Positions 53,827 through 63,838 of a stretch of 64,000 nt of DNA are shown here, piece by piece (the first letter of the stretch is position 1; the number at the start of each line of letters is the position of its first letter). The notes under the pieces were generated by a model. The model had not been told where the DNA came from and did no database searches. It saw only the letters and a list, made by a program, of their open reading frames with translations. Location: positions 4,224-68,223 of the forward strand of contig DBPZ01000118.1 of NCBI GenBank assembly GCA_002305655.1. The letters are read 5' to 3'. The position numbers and the translations under genes are program-made. This DNA is from Lentisphaeria bacterium UBA1407. Lineage in GTDB: Bacteria; Verrucomicrobiota; Lentisphaeria; Oligosphaerales; Oligosphaeraceae.

Positions 53827-53896
53827 CAAGATAGAAATCTTGTGATTTCTTGGCTTGGCGTATTGTCATTCAGATACGAAGCACCTGGTTGTCGAG

Positions 53897-55636
53897 ATGC
53901 AAAGAACCTTGGCGTACTTTCATTTTAGGATTGCGTTATTAGTCCTTGTTTCAGTCATCTCGTCATCTTGGTCAAGTGAGAGTTCAGGCGTGGAGTCCAA
54001 ATATGGGGCTTTGCGCCTGACTTCGTTTGAGCAACGTGAGCATCATGCTTGGTCCGAGTATATGAAGGCACGGATGTGCCTATTACAGGAAGACGGTGGC
54101 AAATCCGGGTATTGGGATCATTTGGGCAATGCCATGGCGTCCTTGCCGGAATCGGATTATTTGTATGGTGTATTTGCGAGTTCATTGTTGAGTATCCGTG
54201 ATGCCAAGGAGCATTTGCGGTTGCTTAAGGCGGCGTGGGAAAAGAACCGAAGGCATAGCAAATTGGCATTGCTGTACGCCAATGTCTTGTCTGAGCAGAA
54301 GCAGGACGATGCTGCCTTGGGAGTGATTTTGGGAAGTTTGGTGGAGAGTGACTGGTCGGACGGCTCTCTTGTGTTCAGATACGTTCAACATACCAGCTCT
54401 GGGAATCGTTCGGAGTTAATAGAGCGGAATTTAGATCGTGCTTTTCGGCGAACTCATGGGAATGATCGATTGTTGATTCTTGCCGGGTACGGGTGTTATT
54501 GGAACGACTTGCTGATGGTCGAGCGTTCGTTGTGGCAGCGCGATACAAGCTTGGGGCATTGGGGGCGGTTGAGGTCGAGATTGCGCCAATCCCGCTATGA
54601 ATCGAAGAGCCGTTCATGCTTGGAAGAAGCAGTAGCCGGCGTATCGTCGATGGAGCTTATCAATTTGGTTTTCGTGCTTAGGGCTTGTGAAGACCAAAAG
54701 AATTATGAGTTGTGGGCTCGATACTTGGAGGCATTGGTTTCTTGCGATCATGACCTTGCCAAGAGCACGTGGTATTTCATTTCATCGGCTCGTCGCTTGA
54801 AGGCGTCTGGTGATTTAGATGGTTTGCGTTCTTACTTGTCGCAAATCGGCGCTGGCGATGGTTGGAATACGGATATTCTTGAGTTTGCCGGGGATGCGTA
54901 TTGGTCTGATTTGCAGGACTACGAGCGTGCGATGGACATGTATGACGAATTGGTTAGGAAGCATCCAAAGACCGAGTCCTATCGTTTGCATTTGGCTCAA
55001 TTGAGTTTGATACGCGGGATGAGCATGAAGGGCTTGGCAGCATTGGCTCCGATTCGCAGGGCTTCGGCATTGACCCGTGAGTTTCGTGGTCGCTTGCACT
55101 CGCAGAAGGGAGATTATAAATCTGCATACAATGAACTGGGATCATTGTTGTCTGATTATCACAAGAACAAACTTAAGCTAAACAAGGATCGATTGATTAG
55201 TATATATCACTCGTTCGTGAACGCATGTTATCAACTGGGGCTTGTTGAAGAATCCTTGAAGCACGTGAAGGAATTGCATGAGATTGACCCCGATAATGCA
55301 AGCGGCTGCAATTTCTACGGGTACTTGCTGGCAGTGTACAATCGCGAGTTGCCCTTGGCTGAAAAGCTGTTGCGAAAGGCTTTGAAGAAGGATCCCTTGA
55401 ATGCGGCGTTTCTGGATAGCTTGGCATGGATCAGGTATAGGCAGGGGCGTTATGCCGAGGCGTTGAAACTGATGGCGAAAGTCATCGAATTGGGAGGCCT
55501 GAAGGAAGACGGAGATGGAGAAATCAGCGAGCATCTCTCAAAAATCCACCAGGCGCTGGGGAACGATAAACTGGCAAAATTCTACTGGGATCTCGCAGTG
55601 GAAAAGAATCCCAAGCTAAAGCATGACGAGAAATAA
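53897..55636 (+). CDS. TPR-repeat protein with N-terminal signal/anchor
   Basis: The C-terminal half has clear TPR units (AYNELGSLL, NFYGYLLAVYNRELPLAEKLLRKALKKDPLNAAFLDSLAWIRYRQGRYAEALKLMAKVIEL). ATG 53897 (MQRTLAYFHFRIALLVLV) is preferred to TTG 53855. Confidence 0.75.
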   Translation: MQRTLAYFHFRIALLVLVSVISSSWSSESSGVESKYGALRLTSFEQREHHAWSEYMKARMCLLQEDGGKSGYWDHLGNAMASLPESDYLYGVFASSLLSIRDAKEHLRLLKAAWEKNRRHSKLALLYANVLSEQKQDDAALGVILGSLVESDWSDGSLVFRYVQHTSSGNRSELIERNLDRAFRRTHGNDRLLILAGYGCYWNDLLMVERSLWQRDTSLGHWGRLRSRLRQSRYESKSRSCLEEAVAGVSSMELINLVFVLRACEDQKNYELWARYLEALVSCDHDLAKSTWYFISSARRLKASGDLDGLRSYLSQIGAGDGWNTDILEFAGDAYWSDLQDYERAMDMYDELVRKHPKTESYRLHLAQLSLIRGMSMKGLAALAPIRRASALTREFRGRLHSQKGDYKSAYNELGSLLSDYHKNKLKLNKDRLISIYHSFVNACYQLGLVEESLKHVKELHEIDPDNASGCNFYGYLLAVYNRELPLAEKLLRKALKKDPLNAAFLDSLAWIRYRQGRYAEALKLMAKVIELGGLKEDGDGEISEHLSKIHQALGNDKLAKFYWDLAVEKNPKLKHDEK

Positions 55637-55760
55637 TCGCGTGCTGCACAAATCCGCAGTGACTGGATCCTGGATTTGCCTAATCTTTCCTTGAAGCTTT
55701 CATTCCTGGCGATAAAAGTCCCATATCTTCTTCGTAAATTAGTGTACCGATTTAAGTACA

Positions 55761-55780
55761 AGCACCCAGGGTGCTCGTAC
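55761..55780. repeat. Palindromic motif copy A (agcacccagggtgctcgtac)
   Basis: agcaccc-a-gggtgct is a perfect palindrome. With its flanks (agtacaagcaccc / gggtgctcgtact) the arms match at 12 of 13 positions. It recurs at 55881. Confidence 0.7.
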
Positions 55781-55850
55781 TCAAGTGTTGTCGCCGCTCA
55801 AGCGGCTAAACATGGCGCATCCCTCGTCGTATAGGTTCTCCTTCTTCACA

Positions 55851-55878
55851 ATTCATCATTCATCATTCATCATTCATA
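55851..55878. repeat. Heptamer tandem repeat (attcatc)x3 + attcata
   Basis: Read directly. It lies between the two palindromic motif copies. Confidence 0.9.
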
Positions 55879-55880
55879 AG

Positions 55881-55900
55881 GCACCCGGGGTGCTCGTGCC
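55881..55900. repeat. Palindromic motif copy B (gcacccggggtgctcgtgcc)
   Basis: gcaccc-g-gggtgc is a palindrome. About 35 nt including the downstream flank align with copy A at roughly 80 percent identity by eye. Confidence 0.7.
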
Positions 55901-56124
55901 CAGTTTGTTGCCTTTGCTTCCATCATCATCTTCTAGGTTTTCGGCATTTACAATGTCCTTTGCATTTTTTGGTCGAACAACTCTTAAGCGAATTGTGTTT
56001 ATTGGGAGGTCTGAAAAGTTGCAAGATAGGCAATATGGATTAAACTATAATATTCTACTTATAACAAGGGTAGACTTTTCGTTATTGTTTAAACTCAAGG
56101 CACCAAAGAACAAGGAGAATGACA

Positions 56125-57057
56125 ATGAGAAAACGCAGTGTTGTGGCACCTGACTGGTGGGATTATACGACGATTAGTGACGAGTTGGTTTCGGACGTCG
56201 CCCGCTTGACGGTTGAAGACATGGCGCAGTTGAGCCGTCCTGGTTTCAAGGTCGTGATGTACGATACAATTGAGGAGTTCTATCTTGCCGAGGCATTGGA
56301 ATACATTGATGCCTGGAGGCGGTCAACGCCCTCGAAGCCCGTTGGTGTTTGCGGGCCGATTGGACCAACCGAGCAACTCCCGCTGGTGGCACGCATTGTC
56401 AATGCATTGGGTTTGAACCTGGGCAAGCTGGGTGCGCATTTCTGGGGCATGGACGAATGGGTTGAAGATGGAGTCGCGGTTCCAATCGACCATCCACTCT
56501 CATTCTCAAAGTGCAATGACGAGCTCTGCTTTAACAAGATTCGTCCCGAACTCCGCATTCCAAAGGAAAACCTGCATTATCCGACGGGCGATCTGGCGGC
56601 TTACAGCAAGTCCTTTGACGAGTTCCACTGCGCCCTCATGCAAGGCGGGCAGGGCGACGTAAAGCACTGGGCATTCAATGACCCGCTGCGTCGCGAAGGC
56701 AAGTACAAAGACAACCCGCCAACCCCCGAAGAATACCGCAAGTTGGGTACGCGAATCGTTGACCTCCATCCGATGACGGTCATGCAAAATGCCCGTACCA
56801 GCGGTGGCGGAAATATCGCCTTGGTTCCGACCAAGGCCGCGACGGTTGGTCCCCTCGAGACCTGGAAAGCGGACAAGGTTTCGATTTGGCAGGCTGGTTG
56901 CCACGACAATGCGTTCGGCATGCGGCTGACCACGTTCATGATCTCCAAGAAGCTTCCGGACGCAGCGGTTCCGATGAGCTTGCTGGCCGACCATCCCAAT
57001 GTCCAGTTCAACTTCTATCGTCCCGGCATTGGCAAGTGCGAGGTTGAAATGCACTAG
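56125..57057 (+). CDS. Glucosamine-6-phosphate deaminase/isomerase (NagB/6-PGL) superfamily protein
   Basis: GMDEW is equivalent to the NLDEY-type motif, and [14 protein letters not shown] is equivalent to GIGxxGHIAFNEP. ATG 56125 has better spacing to aaggag (56112-56117) than ATG 56119. Confidence 0.6.
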   Translation: MRKRSVVAPDWWDYTTISDELVSDVARLTVEDMAQLSRPGFKVVMYDTIEEFYLAEALEYIDAWRRSTPSKPVGVCGPIGPTEQLPLVARIVNALGLNLGKLGAHFWGMDEWVEDGVAVPIDHPLSFSKCNDELCFNKIRPELRIPKENLHYPTGDLAAYSKSFDEFHCALMQGGQGDVKHWAFNDPLRREGKYKDNPPTPEEYRKLGTRIVDLHPMTVMQNARTSGGGNIALVPTKAATVGPLETWKADKVSIWQAGCHDNAFGMRLTTFMISKKLPDAAVPMSLLADHPNVQFNFYRPGIGKCEVEMH

Positions 57058-57150
57058 TTTTTGTGCGAGGTTGAAGTATGGCGGGGTTCGGATGATTGCT
57101 TATCCGATCCTCGCCTGATTAAGGAACATGTTTTTGAGGGCAAGAAAACC

Positions 57151-57933
57151 ATGAGCAAACCATCTGTATTGGCATTGGTAGCGCATCCTGACGACATTGA
57201 GTTCATGTTCATCGGGACGATGTTGATGTTGCAGCGCAAGGGCTGGGACATTCATTACATGACCATCGCGAATGGGAATTGCGGGACTGCGGTTGATGAC
57301 AGCGAGACGATTATCGCGAAGCGTCGTGCCGAGAGCGAAGCCAGTTGCAAGCTGGCCGGTGCGATTTACCATCCGTCAGTATGCAACGACCTTGAGGTTT
57401 TCCACACCTGGGACATCATCAGCAAGGTTTTGAGCGTTGTACGCGATGTGAAGCCGAAGATTGTGCTGACCCAGTCGATGGACGACTATATGGAAGACCA
57501 CACGAATTCGTGCCGTGTTGCCGTGACGGCGGCATTTTGCCGTGGGATGTTGAATGCGAAATGCGATCCACCTCGTCCTGGTTACCAAGGCGACGTGACG
57601 GTTTACCACGCGATTCCCCATGGTTTGATGGATCCGTATCGTCGTCGCATCGAGCCTGAGATGTTTGTGAATGTTGAGCCTGTGATGCAAATGAAGTGGG
57701 ACATGTTGAGTTGTCACAAGTCTCAGAAGGAATGGCTTGACGTGAGCCAGGGCATGAATGCGTACCAGAAGGTCATGGAGGGGTTCATGGCCCAATTGGG
57801 CGAGCGTTCTGGCAGGTTCAAGTATGCGGAGGGGTTCACCCGTCGTTCCTGGCTGGGTTTTTCGGCTGAAGACATCGATCCATTGCGTGACGCATTGGGC
57901 GATGATGTTGTTGCGAATTCGTTGTACAGGTAG
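57151..57933 (+). CDS. PIG-L/LmbE family N-acetylglucosaminyl deacetylase
   Basis: The start MSKPSVLALVAHPDDIEF carries the AHPDD Zn motif. HTNSCRV and the downstream His are also present. The ORF-track start at 57061 is judged an extension. Confidence 0.8.
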   Translation: MSKPSVLALVAHPDDIEFMFIGTMLMLQRKGWDIHYMTIANGNCGTAVDDSETIIAKRRAESEASCKLAGAIYHPSVCNDLEVFHTWDIISKVLSVVRDVKPKIVLTQSMDDYMEDHTNSCRVAVTAAFCRGMLNAKCDPPRPGYQGDVTVYHAIPHGLMDPYRRRIEPEMFVNVEPVMQMKWDMLSCHKSQKEWLDVSQGMNAYQKVMEGFMAQLGERSGRFKYAEGFTRRSWLGFSAEDIDPLRDALGDDVVANSLYR

Positions 57934-57947
57934 TTTTACGTTTGAAG

Positions 57948-57999
57948 CCTGGTGGATGATATCGTGTTTTGGAGCGGTTTCCACCAGGTTAATTTAATT
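57948..57999 (+). terminator. Hairpin terminator after PIG-L gene
   Basis: cctggtgga (57948-57956) pairs with tccaccagg (57980-57988) over a long 23-nt loop, followed by ttaatttaattt. Confidence 0.4.
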
Positions 58000-58027
58000 T
58001 GAAACGAGTTGTTTTGGAGTATTAGCG

Positions 58028-59425
58028 ATGAAACGGATATTGGTACGGGAGGCATTGGCCTGCCGTGAGTTTGGCAAGTTGGTAACGGTAGCGGGCTGGG
58101 TTCGCACTCGCCGCGACTCGAAGGCAGGATTTTCGTTCATTGAGTTGAATGACGGAAGCTGCCTGGCGAATTTGCAGATTGTGGCTCCCGTAGACTTGCC
58201 GAATTACACCACGGATGTCCAGAAGCTTCATCCTGGTGCTTCAATTCGTGTTGAAGGTGCCTTGGTTGCCTCGGAGGGGGCTGGCCAGGCTGTCGAGGTC
58301 AAGGCGTCGTCTCTCAAGGTGTATGGTTTTTGCGATCCACTGGAGTATCCTCTTGGCAAGAGCCGGATATCCTTTGAGCGCTTGCGCGAGGTAGCGCATT
58401 TGCGCTCCCGCACAAATTCCTTTGGCGCCGTCGCCCGTGTTCGGAACACGCTGGCGTTTGAGACTCATCGGTTCTTCCAGGATCGTGGGTTCTACTACTT
58501 CAACGCGCCGATCATCACCGCCAGCGACTGCGAAGGGGCTGGCGAAATGTTCCAGGTCACTACGCTGGATCTGGAAAACATCCCCAAGGACAAGCTGACG
58601 GGCAAAGTTGACTTCAGCAAGGATTTCTTTGGCCGTCCTGCCAACTTGACGGTCAGCGGTCAGTTGGAAGCCGAAACGTATGCTTGCGCGCTGGGCAGTG
58701 TCTATACCTTCGGTCCTACATTCAGGGCCGAAAACTCAAATACGACGCGCCATCTGGCGGAATTCTGGATGATTGAACCGGAATTCGCCTTCGCCGACCT
58801 GAATGATGACGCCGATCTGGCGGAAGACTATCTCAGGCACCTGCTCAAGTCTGTGCTGGAACAGTGCCCCGAAGACCTGAAATTCTTCAATGACCGCGTG
58901 GAAAAGGGATTGCTGGACAACCTGACCCGCTTGGCGAGTGCTTCGTTTACCCGCATTAGCTATACCGAGGCGATCAAAATCCTGGAAGGCGTGGCGGATA
59001 GATTCGAGTTCAAGCCATACTGGGGCGTCGATCTCCAGTCCGAGCACGAACGGTACTTGGCAGAAGAAAAATTCCAAGGTCCGGTGATCGTGATGAATTA
59101 TCCGCGTGAAATCAAGGCTTTCTACATGCGTTTGAACGACGACGAGAAGACCGTCGCCGCAATGGACGTGTTGCTGCCCAACGTGGGTGAAATTATCGGC
59201 GGCAGCCAACGCGAGGACCGCTTGGATGTGCTGGAACGCCGAATCCGGGAAAGTGGAATGAATCCCGAAGATTACTGGTGGTACTGCGATTTGAGACGAT
59301 TCGGAACGGTGCCGCACGCAGGATTCGGCCTGGGATTTGAAAGAATGGTTCGTTTCTGCACGGGAATGGGTAATATTCGCGACGTGATCCCGTATCCACG
59401 CACGCCGCAAAATGCAGAATTTTGA
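58028..59425 (+). CDS. asnS: Asparagine--tRNA ligase
   Basis: OB-fold N-terminus ([26 protein letters not shown]). Class II motifs [21 protein letters not shown] and [10 protein letters not shown]. 465 aa. Confidence 0.95.
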   Translation: MKRILVREALACREFGKLVTVAGWVRTRRDSKAGFSFIELNDGSCLANLQIVAPVDLPNYTTDVQKLHPGASIRVEGALVASEGAGQAVEVKASSLKVYGFCDPLEYPLGKSRISFERLREVAHLRSRTNSFGAVARVRNTLAFETHRFFQDRGFYYFNAPIITASDCEGAGEMFQVTTLDLENIPKDKLTGKVDFSKDFFGRPANLTVSGQLEAETYACALGSVYTFGPTFRAENSNTTRHLAEFWMIEPEFAFADLNDDADLAEDYLRHLLKSVLEQCPEDLKFFNDRVEKGLLDNLTRLASASFTRISYTEAIKILEGVADRFEFKPYWGVDLQSEHERYLAEEKFQGPVIVMNYPREIKAFYMRLNDDEKTVAAMDVLLPNVGEIIGGSQREDRLDVLERRIRESGMNPEDYWWYCDLRRFGTVPHAGFGLGFERMVRFCTGMGNIRDVIPYPRTPQNAEF

Positions 59426-59523
59426 TTTGGGTGCTATCTCCCTGCGAATCGGATTGATCTGGTCGCCTTTTTGAAGGCGACTGGAATCGCCAAGGATCGT
59501 ATTAGAAAAAGGGGTTTTGTCAG

Positions 59524-61041
59524 ATGGGCGGTTTTTTTGGTGTTGCTTCAACAGGTCTGTGCAATGCTGATTTGTTTTACGGGACAGACTATCATTCCCA
59601 TTTAGGGAATCAGCGTGGCGGGTTGCTGGTCCACGGTGAAAAGGGGTTTATCCGATATATCCACGATATCAGGAACGCTCAATTTCGCAGTAAATTCCAA
59701 TTTGACGTTGACGAATTGATCGGCAATATTGGGATTGGTTCCATCAGCGATACTGGCGATCAGCCGTTGATCGTCTTTAGCCACATGGGCACGTTCGGGA
59801 TTGTGATGGTGGGTGCTGTCAACAATCTGGACAAGTTGGAGAAGAGTGCGTTTCGTTCGACTCGGACGCACTTTGCGGAGATGACTGGAGATGGTGTGAA
59901 TCCGACCGAGATGGTGGCTTCTCTCATCAGCATGTCTGCCAACTACGAGGAAGGTTTTCGCCTGGTTCAGGAACGCGTTCAAGGTTCCTGCTCGTTGCTG
60001 TTGTTGACGCGTGAAGGGATCTATGCCGCTCGCGACCGGTATGGACGGACTCCCGTGATTATCGGTGAAAAGCACGGGATGGAAACCAGGACGGAAAGCT
60101 GGACAAGCGAAGACGGCTGTAGACACCAGAGGGATATCCAGGTGGAAAAACATTCGTACGCAGCAACTTTCGAGTCCTGCGCCTTCAACAATCTGGATTA
60201 CAAGATCACGAAATGGCTGGGACCTGGCGAAGTGGTCAAGCTGACCCCGAACGGAATCGAGGAAGTGCTCCCGCCGACGGGGCCGCTGAAAATCTGCTCG
60301 TTCTTATGGGTTTACTACGGATATCCTGCGACTTCGTACGAAAACGTCAATGTCGAAGCCGTCCGTTATGCTTGTGGTGCCGCGCTGGCACGGCAAGACG
60401 TTGGAATGGAATTGGATTCTGTGGCTGGAATTCCTGATTCAGGAACCGCCCATGCGCTTGGATATGCGATGGAATCGAAGCTCCCATACCAGCGTTCCTT
60501 CGTGAAATATACTCCGACCTGGTCAAGGAGCTTCATACCGCAAGACAGGACGACGCGTTCGATGGTGGCGAAAATGAAGCTGATCTCGGTTCCATACTTC
60601 ATCAAGGGGAAACGCTTGTTGTTCTGCGAAGATTCCATCGTACGCGGAACTCAGTTGGGCAATACGTTCATGCGATTGCGCAAGCCCGACTTCAGCGTGA
60701 AGGAACTCCATGTCCGCTCAGCATGCCCACCTATCCTCTTCAATTGCCCGTACTTGAATTTTACCCGGACCAAGGAATTGATGGAATTTGTGGCTCGCAA
60801 GGCGATTGCCGCCCTGGAAGGCGGTGATTGCGAGGCCTGTTTGGATGAGTATTTGGACGAGAATAGCGAACGCTACGCCCGTATGGTGGAGTGGATCTGC
60901 CAGGAGTTGAAGCTCGATTCGCTGAAGTACCAGAAACTGGACGATCTGCTGGATGCGATTTTGACGGTTGCCCGTTTGTCAGGAAACAACAATCTGCAAC
61001 GGGAGTGCCTTTGCACATATTGCTGGAATGGGAAATCATAG
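59524..61041 (+). CDS. Amidophosphoribosyltransferase (PurF)-like protein lacking the N-terminal nucleophile Cys
   Basis: Ntn-GATase-like N-domain (LFYGTDYHSHLGNQRGGL), PRTase loop LLFCEDSIVRGTQLGN, and Cys ligand-like SACPPILFNCPY. The N-terminus is MGGFFGV, where PurF has MCG. Confidence 0.7.
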   Translation: MGGFFGVASTGLCNADLFYGTDYHSHLGNQRGGLLVHGEKGFIRYIHDIRNAQFRSKFQFDVDELIGNIGIGSISDTGDQPLIVFSHMGTFGIVMVGAVNNLDKLEKSAFRSTRTHFAEMTGDGVNPTEMVASLISMSANYEEGFRLVQERVQGSCSLLLLTREGIYAARDRYGRTPVIIGEKHGMETRTESWTSEDGCRHQRDIQVEKHSYAATFESCAFNNLDYKITKWLGPGEVVKLTPNGIEEVLPPTGPLKICSFLWVYYGYPATSYENVNVEAVRYACGAALARQDVGMELDSVAGIPDSGTAHALGYAMESKLPYQRSFVKYTPTWSRSFIPQDRTTRSMVAKMKLISVPYFIKGKRLLFCEDSIVRGTQLGNTFMRLRKPDFSVKELHVRSACPPILFNCPYLNFTRTKELMEFVARKAIAALEGGDCEACLDEYLDENSERYARMVEWICQELKLDSLKYQKLDDLLDAILTVARLSGNNNLQRECLCTYCWNGKS

Positions 61042-61059
61042 GATATGGAGGCAGGATCA

Positions 61060-62955
61060 ATGAGGTCAATCAAGTCAACATGTTGGATGGTATTATTGCT
61101 GATTGGGGTTTTGAGCATTCCAGGCTTGTGCCAGGAACAGGCGAAGCCTGCCGTGCGGACGGGGCGCGTGACTACCCGTTCGGTAATCATTCGTGCCCGA
61201 CCCGGGACTCATTTCGAGAGCTTGGGCAGGTTTCAGCAGGATGATCAGGTACGGATTATTGAGGAGAACGAGGGATGGTATCGGGTCGAGGTTCCCGAAA
61301 CAGTTCAGGGCTGGGTTCCTGGCGACGGGGTTGACGGCGATGGTATCGTCCACAAGGACATCTCAATTTTCGCTGGTCCTGGGGTTGTGTTCACAGCGAT
61401 TGGTCGTGCGAAAATCGGCGATCGCCTGACCATATCCAACAGGATGGTTGATAATTTTTGGCCTATCAAGGCTCCTGCTGGCTTGTCGGCATGGGTCAGC
61501 AAGGCATATATCGAGGTTGATTCCGCAGAAGCGGCTCCGGTTGAAGCAGCCGTCGCGGCTGTGTCTGCCCCTGAAGTTGGTGATGCTGAAGTTCAGCGAT
61601 TGCAGGCATTGGAGAAGGAAGCCGACGCCCTGCGTACGAATCAAGCTCGTGTTTCGGAGGCATTGAAGTCGCTTCGCGAAGAATCTGCTCGTTTGGAACG
61701 TGAGGCTGAGGATGCCCTTGCGAAGGCAGAGACCGCAAGAAAGCAACGTGAAGCCGCGGAAAAAACCGCAGCTGATGAATTGGCTAGGCTGGAGACTGAA
61801 CGGCGTGAGGCAGTGAAGAAGATGTCAGAGGCTAAGGATGAGAAGGCCCAATGGCAGGAGCAAGTCGCTGGCAAGTCAGAGGAAGTCAAGAAGGCTCGTG
61901 AAGAATTGACAAAGTTGAAGATGGAAGCCGCCAACGAGGCGGGCAAGTTGGAACGTGAGAGGCAGGACTTCGAGGCTCGCTCCAAGGCGGCGAAGCAGCA
62001 GGTCGAGGCGGCTGAACGTGCTGCACAGACCAACGAGAAGAAATTGGAGGAACTGGAGGCTGCGATCAAGGCTGGTGCGGCAGCAAATGCGGAAGCAGAG
62101 AAAAAACTGGCAAGCATCCAACAGGCATCGGTGGAATTGGCGAAGACGCACAAGACAGAACAGGAAAAGCTGACTGGATTGAAGGCTCAAGTCGCAACAT
62201 TGGATGCCGAAGCAGCCAAGGTGAAAGCAGAAGCTGAAGAACTGGCGGAAGCCACGAAACGGGAAAAAGAAGCGCTCGAAGCGGCAAAGGAACGGGAAAG
62301 CCAGGCAGTCGAAACATTGAGAAAGGAACGCGAAGCCCTGGAAGAAGCAAGGAAAAAAGTCGAGGAGGAATTGAAGAAAATCCAGGAAGCCACAGAAGCG
62401 GCCAAGGTCGCAGTGCAAACGCATCAGGCCGAGGCGGAAAAACTAAACGAACAGAAACTCGCCGCAGAAACCGAACGGAAAGAAGCAGAAGAAGCGAAAA
62501 TTGCCGCCGAAAAGGCAAAACAGGAAGCGCAGCAAGCAGCGAAAGAACAGGAAGAAAAGCGGATAGCAGCTGAAGAAGCACGAAAACAAGAAGAAGCTAA
62601 ACTCGCTGAACAGAAAACCGCTGCGGAAGAAGCGAGAAAAGCTACAGAAGCCGCTAAGGAAGCAGAAGAAGCCGCCAAAGCTGAATTGGCAGCAATGCCA
62701 CCACCTGAAATCCCACAGCCTGCAACGCAGTCGGGACTGCTTATTTCGTTGCAGCAAAATGCGACGAAGAACGCAAGCCACGCACTCTGCGAAAGGCAAA
62801 ACCAGCAGCTGATCCCAATTTGCTATGTTTTGAGTCCGGGAATGGATTTGACCCGTTGGGAAAACATGGAAGTCACGATAGCGGGAAAGGAGCGGAAGAT
62901 TGAAGGTTGGACGTGTCCAATTGTGGTTGTCGAAAGTATCATGAGGAAACGGTGA
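61060..62955 (+). CDS. Secreted SH3b-domain protein with ~400-aa Glu/Ala/Lys-rich coiled coil
   Basis: Signal peptide MRSIKSTCWMVLLLIGVLSIPGLC. Two SH3b-like units (VIIRARPGTHFESLGRFQQDDQVRIIEENEGWYRVEV and FAGPGVVFTAIGRAKIGDRLTI..FWPIKAP). A long heptad-like EAxK region spans ~61560..62700. Confidence 0.7.
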   Translation: MRSIKSTCWMVLLLIGVLSIPGLCQEQAKPAVRTGRVTTRSVIIRARPGTHFESLGRFQQDDQVRIIEENEGWYRVEVPETVQGWVPGDGVDGDGIVHKDISIFAGPGVVFTAIGRAKIGDRLTISNRMVDNFWPIKAPAGLSAWVSKAYIEVDSAEAAPVEAAVAAVSAPEVGDAEVQRLQALEKEADALRTNQARVSEALKSLREESARLEREAEDALAKAETARKQREAAEKTAADELARLETERREAVKKMSEAKDEKAQWQEQVAGKSEEVKKAREELTKLKMEAANEAGKLERERQDFEARSKAAKQQVEAAERAAQTNEKKLEELEAAIKAGAAANAEAEKKLASIQQASVELAKTHKTEQEKLTGLKAQVATLDAEAAKVKAEAEELAEATKREKEALEAAKERESQAVETLRKEREALEEARKKVEEELKKIQEATEAAKVAVQTHQAEAEKLNEQKLAAETERKEAEEAKIAAEKAKQEAQQAAKEQEEKRIAAEEARKQEEAKLAEQKTAAEEARKATEAAKEAEEAAKAELAAMPPPEIPQPATQSGLLISLQQNATKNASHALCERQNQQLIPICYVLSPGMDLTRWENMEVTIAGKERKIEGWTCPIVVVESIMRKR

Positions 62956-62977
62956 TAGTCACCAATAGGAGCGCAGG

Positions 62978-63838
62978 ATGAAGTACAGCATCACGACAGT
63001 ATCTCTTCCAGGTTTGGATATGGCTGGTCAATGCCAGTTCATAAAGAGCTTGGGTTACGATGGCGTGGAATTGCGCGCACGGCGTGTGTCGGATGAAGTC
63101 CGCGCCGCTGCCGTTCCAAGCAATTGGGGCTATCACGTCAATGATGTCACCCCCGAGAACCTGGCATCAAAAGCTGCTGAAATAAAGGGAATCCTGGCTG
63201 ATTATGAATTGGAAATGGCTGGTTTGGCGACGAATATGACGTGCCTGGATCTGGAGCAGTTCAAGAATGCTCTCGAAGGAGCCGTCGCGGTTGGTTCTCC
63301 CTTCATCAGGCTTGGTGCTTCGGCGGGATTTACCGGCAAGCCAGGCGAAGACTACAAGGCGATCTACGGCGAAACGGTGGCTGGCTTTTCACGCTGCGTC
63401 GAGTTGGCTCGCGGCACGGGAGTGAAGCTGATCATCGAAATGCACGGGAATACCATTCATCCCAGCGCGTCTTTGGCATATCGCATCGCAAGCAATTTCT
63501 CGCCCAATCAGGTTGGCATTATCTACGATCCGCAAAACATGGTTCGTGACGGTTTCGAAACTGTCGCCATAGCCATACCGTTCCTTGGCGATTATCTTGC
63601 GCATTGCCATTTTGGCGGCCATCGTCCGATTCCGGGCGAGCCTGACGAGAAGGGAACCGTCCAATGGAAGTGGGAAGGTTGCAGGATGAGTGAAGGTTTG
63701 TTCCATTATCCTACGGCGATGAAGTGGCTGAAATCCATTGGCTACAAGGGGTTTATCAGCGTTGAAGATTTCCGGAATGTAGATAATCGCGAGAAATTCT
63801 CGGATGCGATTGCGTACTTGAAGGGGCTTGAAGGCTGA
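62978..63838 (+). CDS. Sugar phosphate isomerase/epimerase (xylose isomerase-like TIM barrel)
   Basis: Pattern GYDGVELR ... IIEMHGNT ... IYDPQNM ... HCHFGG ... ISVEDF, typical of the AP_endonuc_2 fold. Confidence 0.75.
   Translation: MKYSITTVSLPGLDMAGQCQFIKSLGYDGVELRARRVSDEVRAAAVPSNWGYHVNDVTPENLASKAAEIKGILADYELEMAGLATNMTCLDLEQFKNALEGAVAVGSPFIRLGASAGFTGKPGEDYKAIYGETVAGFSRCVELARGTGVKLIIEMHGNTIHPSASLAYRIASNFSPNQVGIIYDPQNMVRDGFETVAIAIPFLGDYLAHCHFGGHRPIPGEPDEKGTVQWKWEGCRMSEGLFHYPTAMKWLKSIGYKGFISVEDFRNVDNREKFSDAIAYLKGLEG

Noticed and set aside
55785-56153. 122-aa ORF in the 480-bp gap before the nagB-like gene
   Set aside because: Its sequence is dictated by the heptamer and palindromic repeats (SSFIIHKAPGVLVPSLLPLLPSSSS). 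It has no SD and runs into the real downstream gene in another frame.
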